Of a DNA stretch of 64,000 bases, positions 62,840 through 64,000 are shown piece after piece. The translations under genes and the position numbers were made by a program. How positions within the stretch are numbered: the first letter of the stretch is position 1; the number at the start of each line of letters is the position of its first letter. Source of the stretch: Harriotta raleighana (lineage: Eukaryota); assembly GCA_050575255.1 (NCBI GenBank), contig JBNZDD010013572.1:1296439-1360438 (forward strand), in the 5' to 3' direction. Under the pieces are notes generated by a model, which was not told the DNA's origin, did not search any database, and saw only the letters and a program-made list of their open reading frames with translations.

Positions 62840-63040
62840 GAAGGACAGAATNCAGAGTGGAAGGACACAATCAAATGGGCTAAAGAGTATTCTCATTGAT
62901 CTCAAGTGATCTTGGGAACTCACTGCAAACATATGTCATGGAGGAGCANAAGGACAGAATCAAATGGGCTAAAGAGTATTCTCATTGAACCATCTCAAGT
63001 GATCTTGGGAACTCACTGCAAACATATGTCATGGAGGAGC
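62840..63040. other. Gap-associated ~90-bp duplication (N at 62852 and 62949)
   Basis: aaggaca..atcaaatgggctaaagag..gaggagca repeated with small differences. Confidence 0.8.
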
Positions 63041-64000
63041 AGTCATTTGTTTCCTTTTGGTGTAGAGGCTCACAGTATCATAGATGTATTGTACCAATAA
63101 ACTTTGCTCTGTATGCTTCACCTGAAACAATAGGGTTCACTAAAGTGCATAAGGTCTATTTTTGACCAGGGGGCCACAACTTTTGAGCATTTTGTGCATC
63201 TGTCGCAAAGTTGCCCCAAAGCAAATCCACATACCATGGGCTCTAATTTGCGGAATTTCTTAAAGAGGAAATGAAAAGTTATTGAAGTTCGGACTTCTTT
63301 TGTAAACAGAAGATCTTCATGCCTCCTTACAGGTTAGTCCATTTCTTACTAAGGAATCCCATTGAGAAATACCACAGGTTAGACACCCATATCTCTGAAA
63401 GGAAATAGCTGGCATTTTAGAGAGCAAAAGCAGGAAGAGGAGAACTTCAGATGTATGTCATACTGGAGTGAACGGGTGAGATTTTTCAATGCAGCGATGT
63501 TTGTGACGTGTTGCCATGCATACGTATTCAATGTGTGGAGTCCAGCAGCATGAAGCATTGATCTGCACAATTATATTATTTCGAACTCATTTGTTGGTAC
63601 TCATTGACCACATTGAGATTGATACCTTTAAAACAATGGGAACATAACACACACAAATAACACAGTGTTGCTGGTTAGTGATAAACCAAATAAGAACTGG
63701 AGTCTGCATGAATATCCTCAGAAATTTCATATGGTCAAAATAATAGTCGTCTGAAATTCTTATCGTTACCTCAATACGTTTGCATAGCAGCAAGTATCTA
63801 CATCCAGACTTCTTCTCTTGGCAATTCTTTCTAAGTTTTTATAAACTGTTGAGGAAATCTTGCAGTCTAACTGCACAATCTGCGCCACTTTTCAGTGGAG
63901 CGTGTGATCCCAAGTCTCTCATTGTGTTCACCTTGCCTTGTTCCTTCCGATGTGTCTTTTCTTTGGTGAACCATCTTTTTCATTCTGGCTGATGATTTAA

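Noticed and set aside
63100-64000. Possible decayed transposase or coding remnant on the minus strand
   Set aside because: Stops in all frames and no motif I can assign with confidence; needs tBLASTx/HMM
1-64000. CRISPR array, prokaryotic operon or host-gene exons
   Set aside because: No regularly spaced repeat-spacer array; sequence is vertebrate-like. No exon recognised, though short exons could be missed by eye

Overview
Eukaryotic, AT-rich, CpG-depleted vertebrate DNA with no recognisable host protein-coding exon, so probably a large intron or intergenic region. The repeat content suggests a cartilaginous fish (inference): a young tRNA-headed Deu-domain SINE with an L2-type tail, older SacSINE1/AmnSINE1-like DeuSINE relics, many L2 and CR1 LINE fragments, TA-flanked Tc1/mariner-pogo-type MITEs and a Penelope-like pLTR. 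Every ORF I can recognise is a decayed L2 or CR1 reverse-transcriptase fragment; the rest look spurious. There are eight single-N gaps, six of them joining overlapping near-identical copies, which are probably assembly artefacts. Best observations: (1) a ~109-nt 28S rRNA peptidyl-transferase-region fragment embedded co-directionally in an L2 3' end (54379-54487); (2) a TSD-flanked Penelope-like inverted pLTR carrying a minimal hammerhead ribozyme motif (23338-23518); (3) a CR1 insertion flanked by an ~82-87 bp direct repeat; (4) a unique 60-nt hairpin with a perfect 17-bp stem (58672-58731); (5) recurrent antisense tail-to-tail nesting and ultra-short L2 tail insertions. I cannot support a new multi-gene system. 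Family names are from recognition, not database searches, and boundaries of old repeats are approximate.
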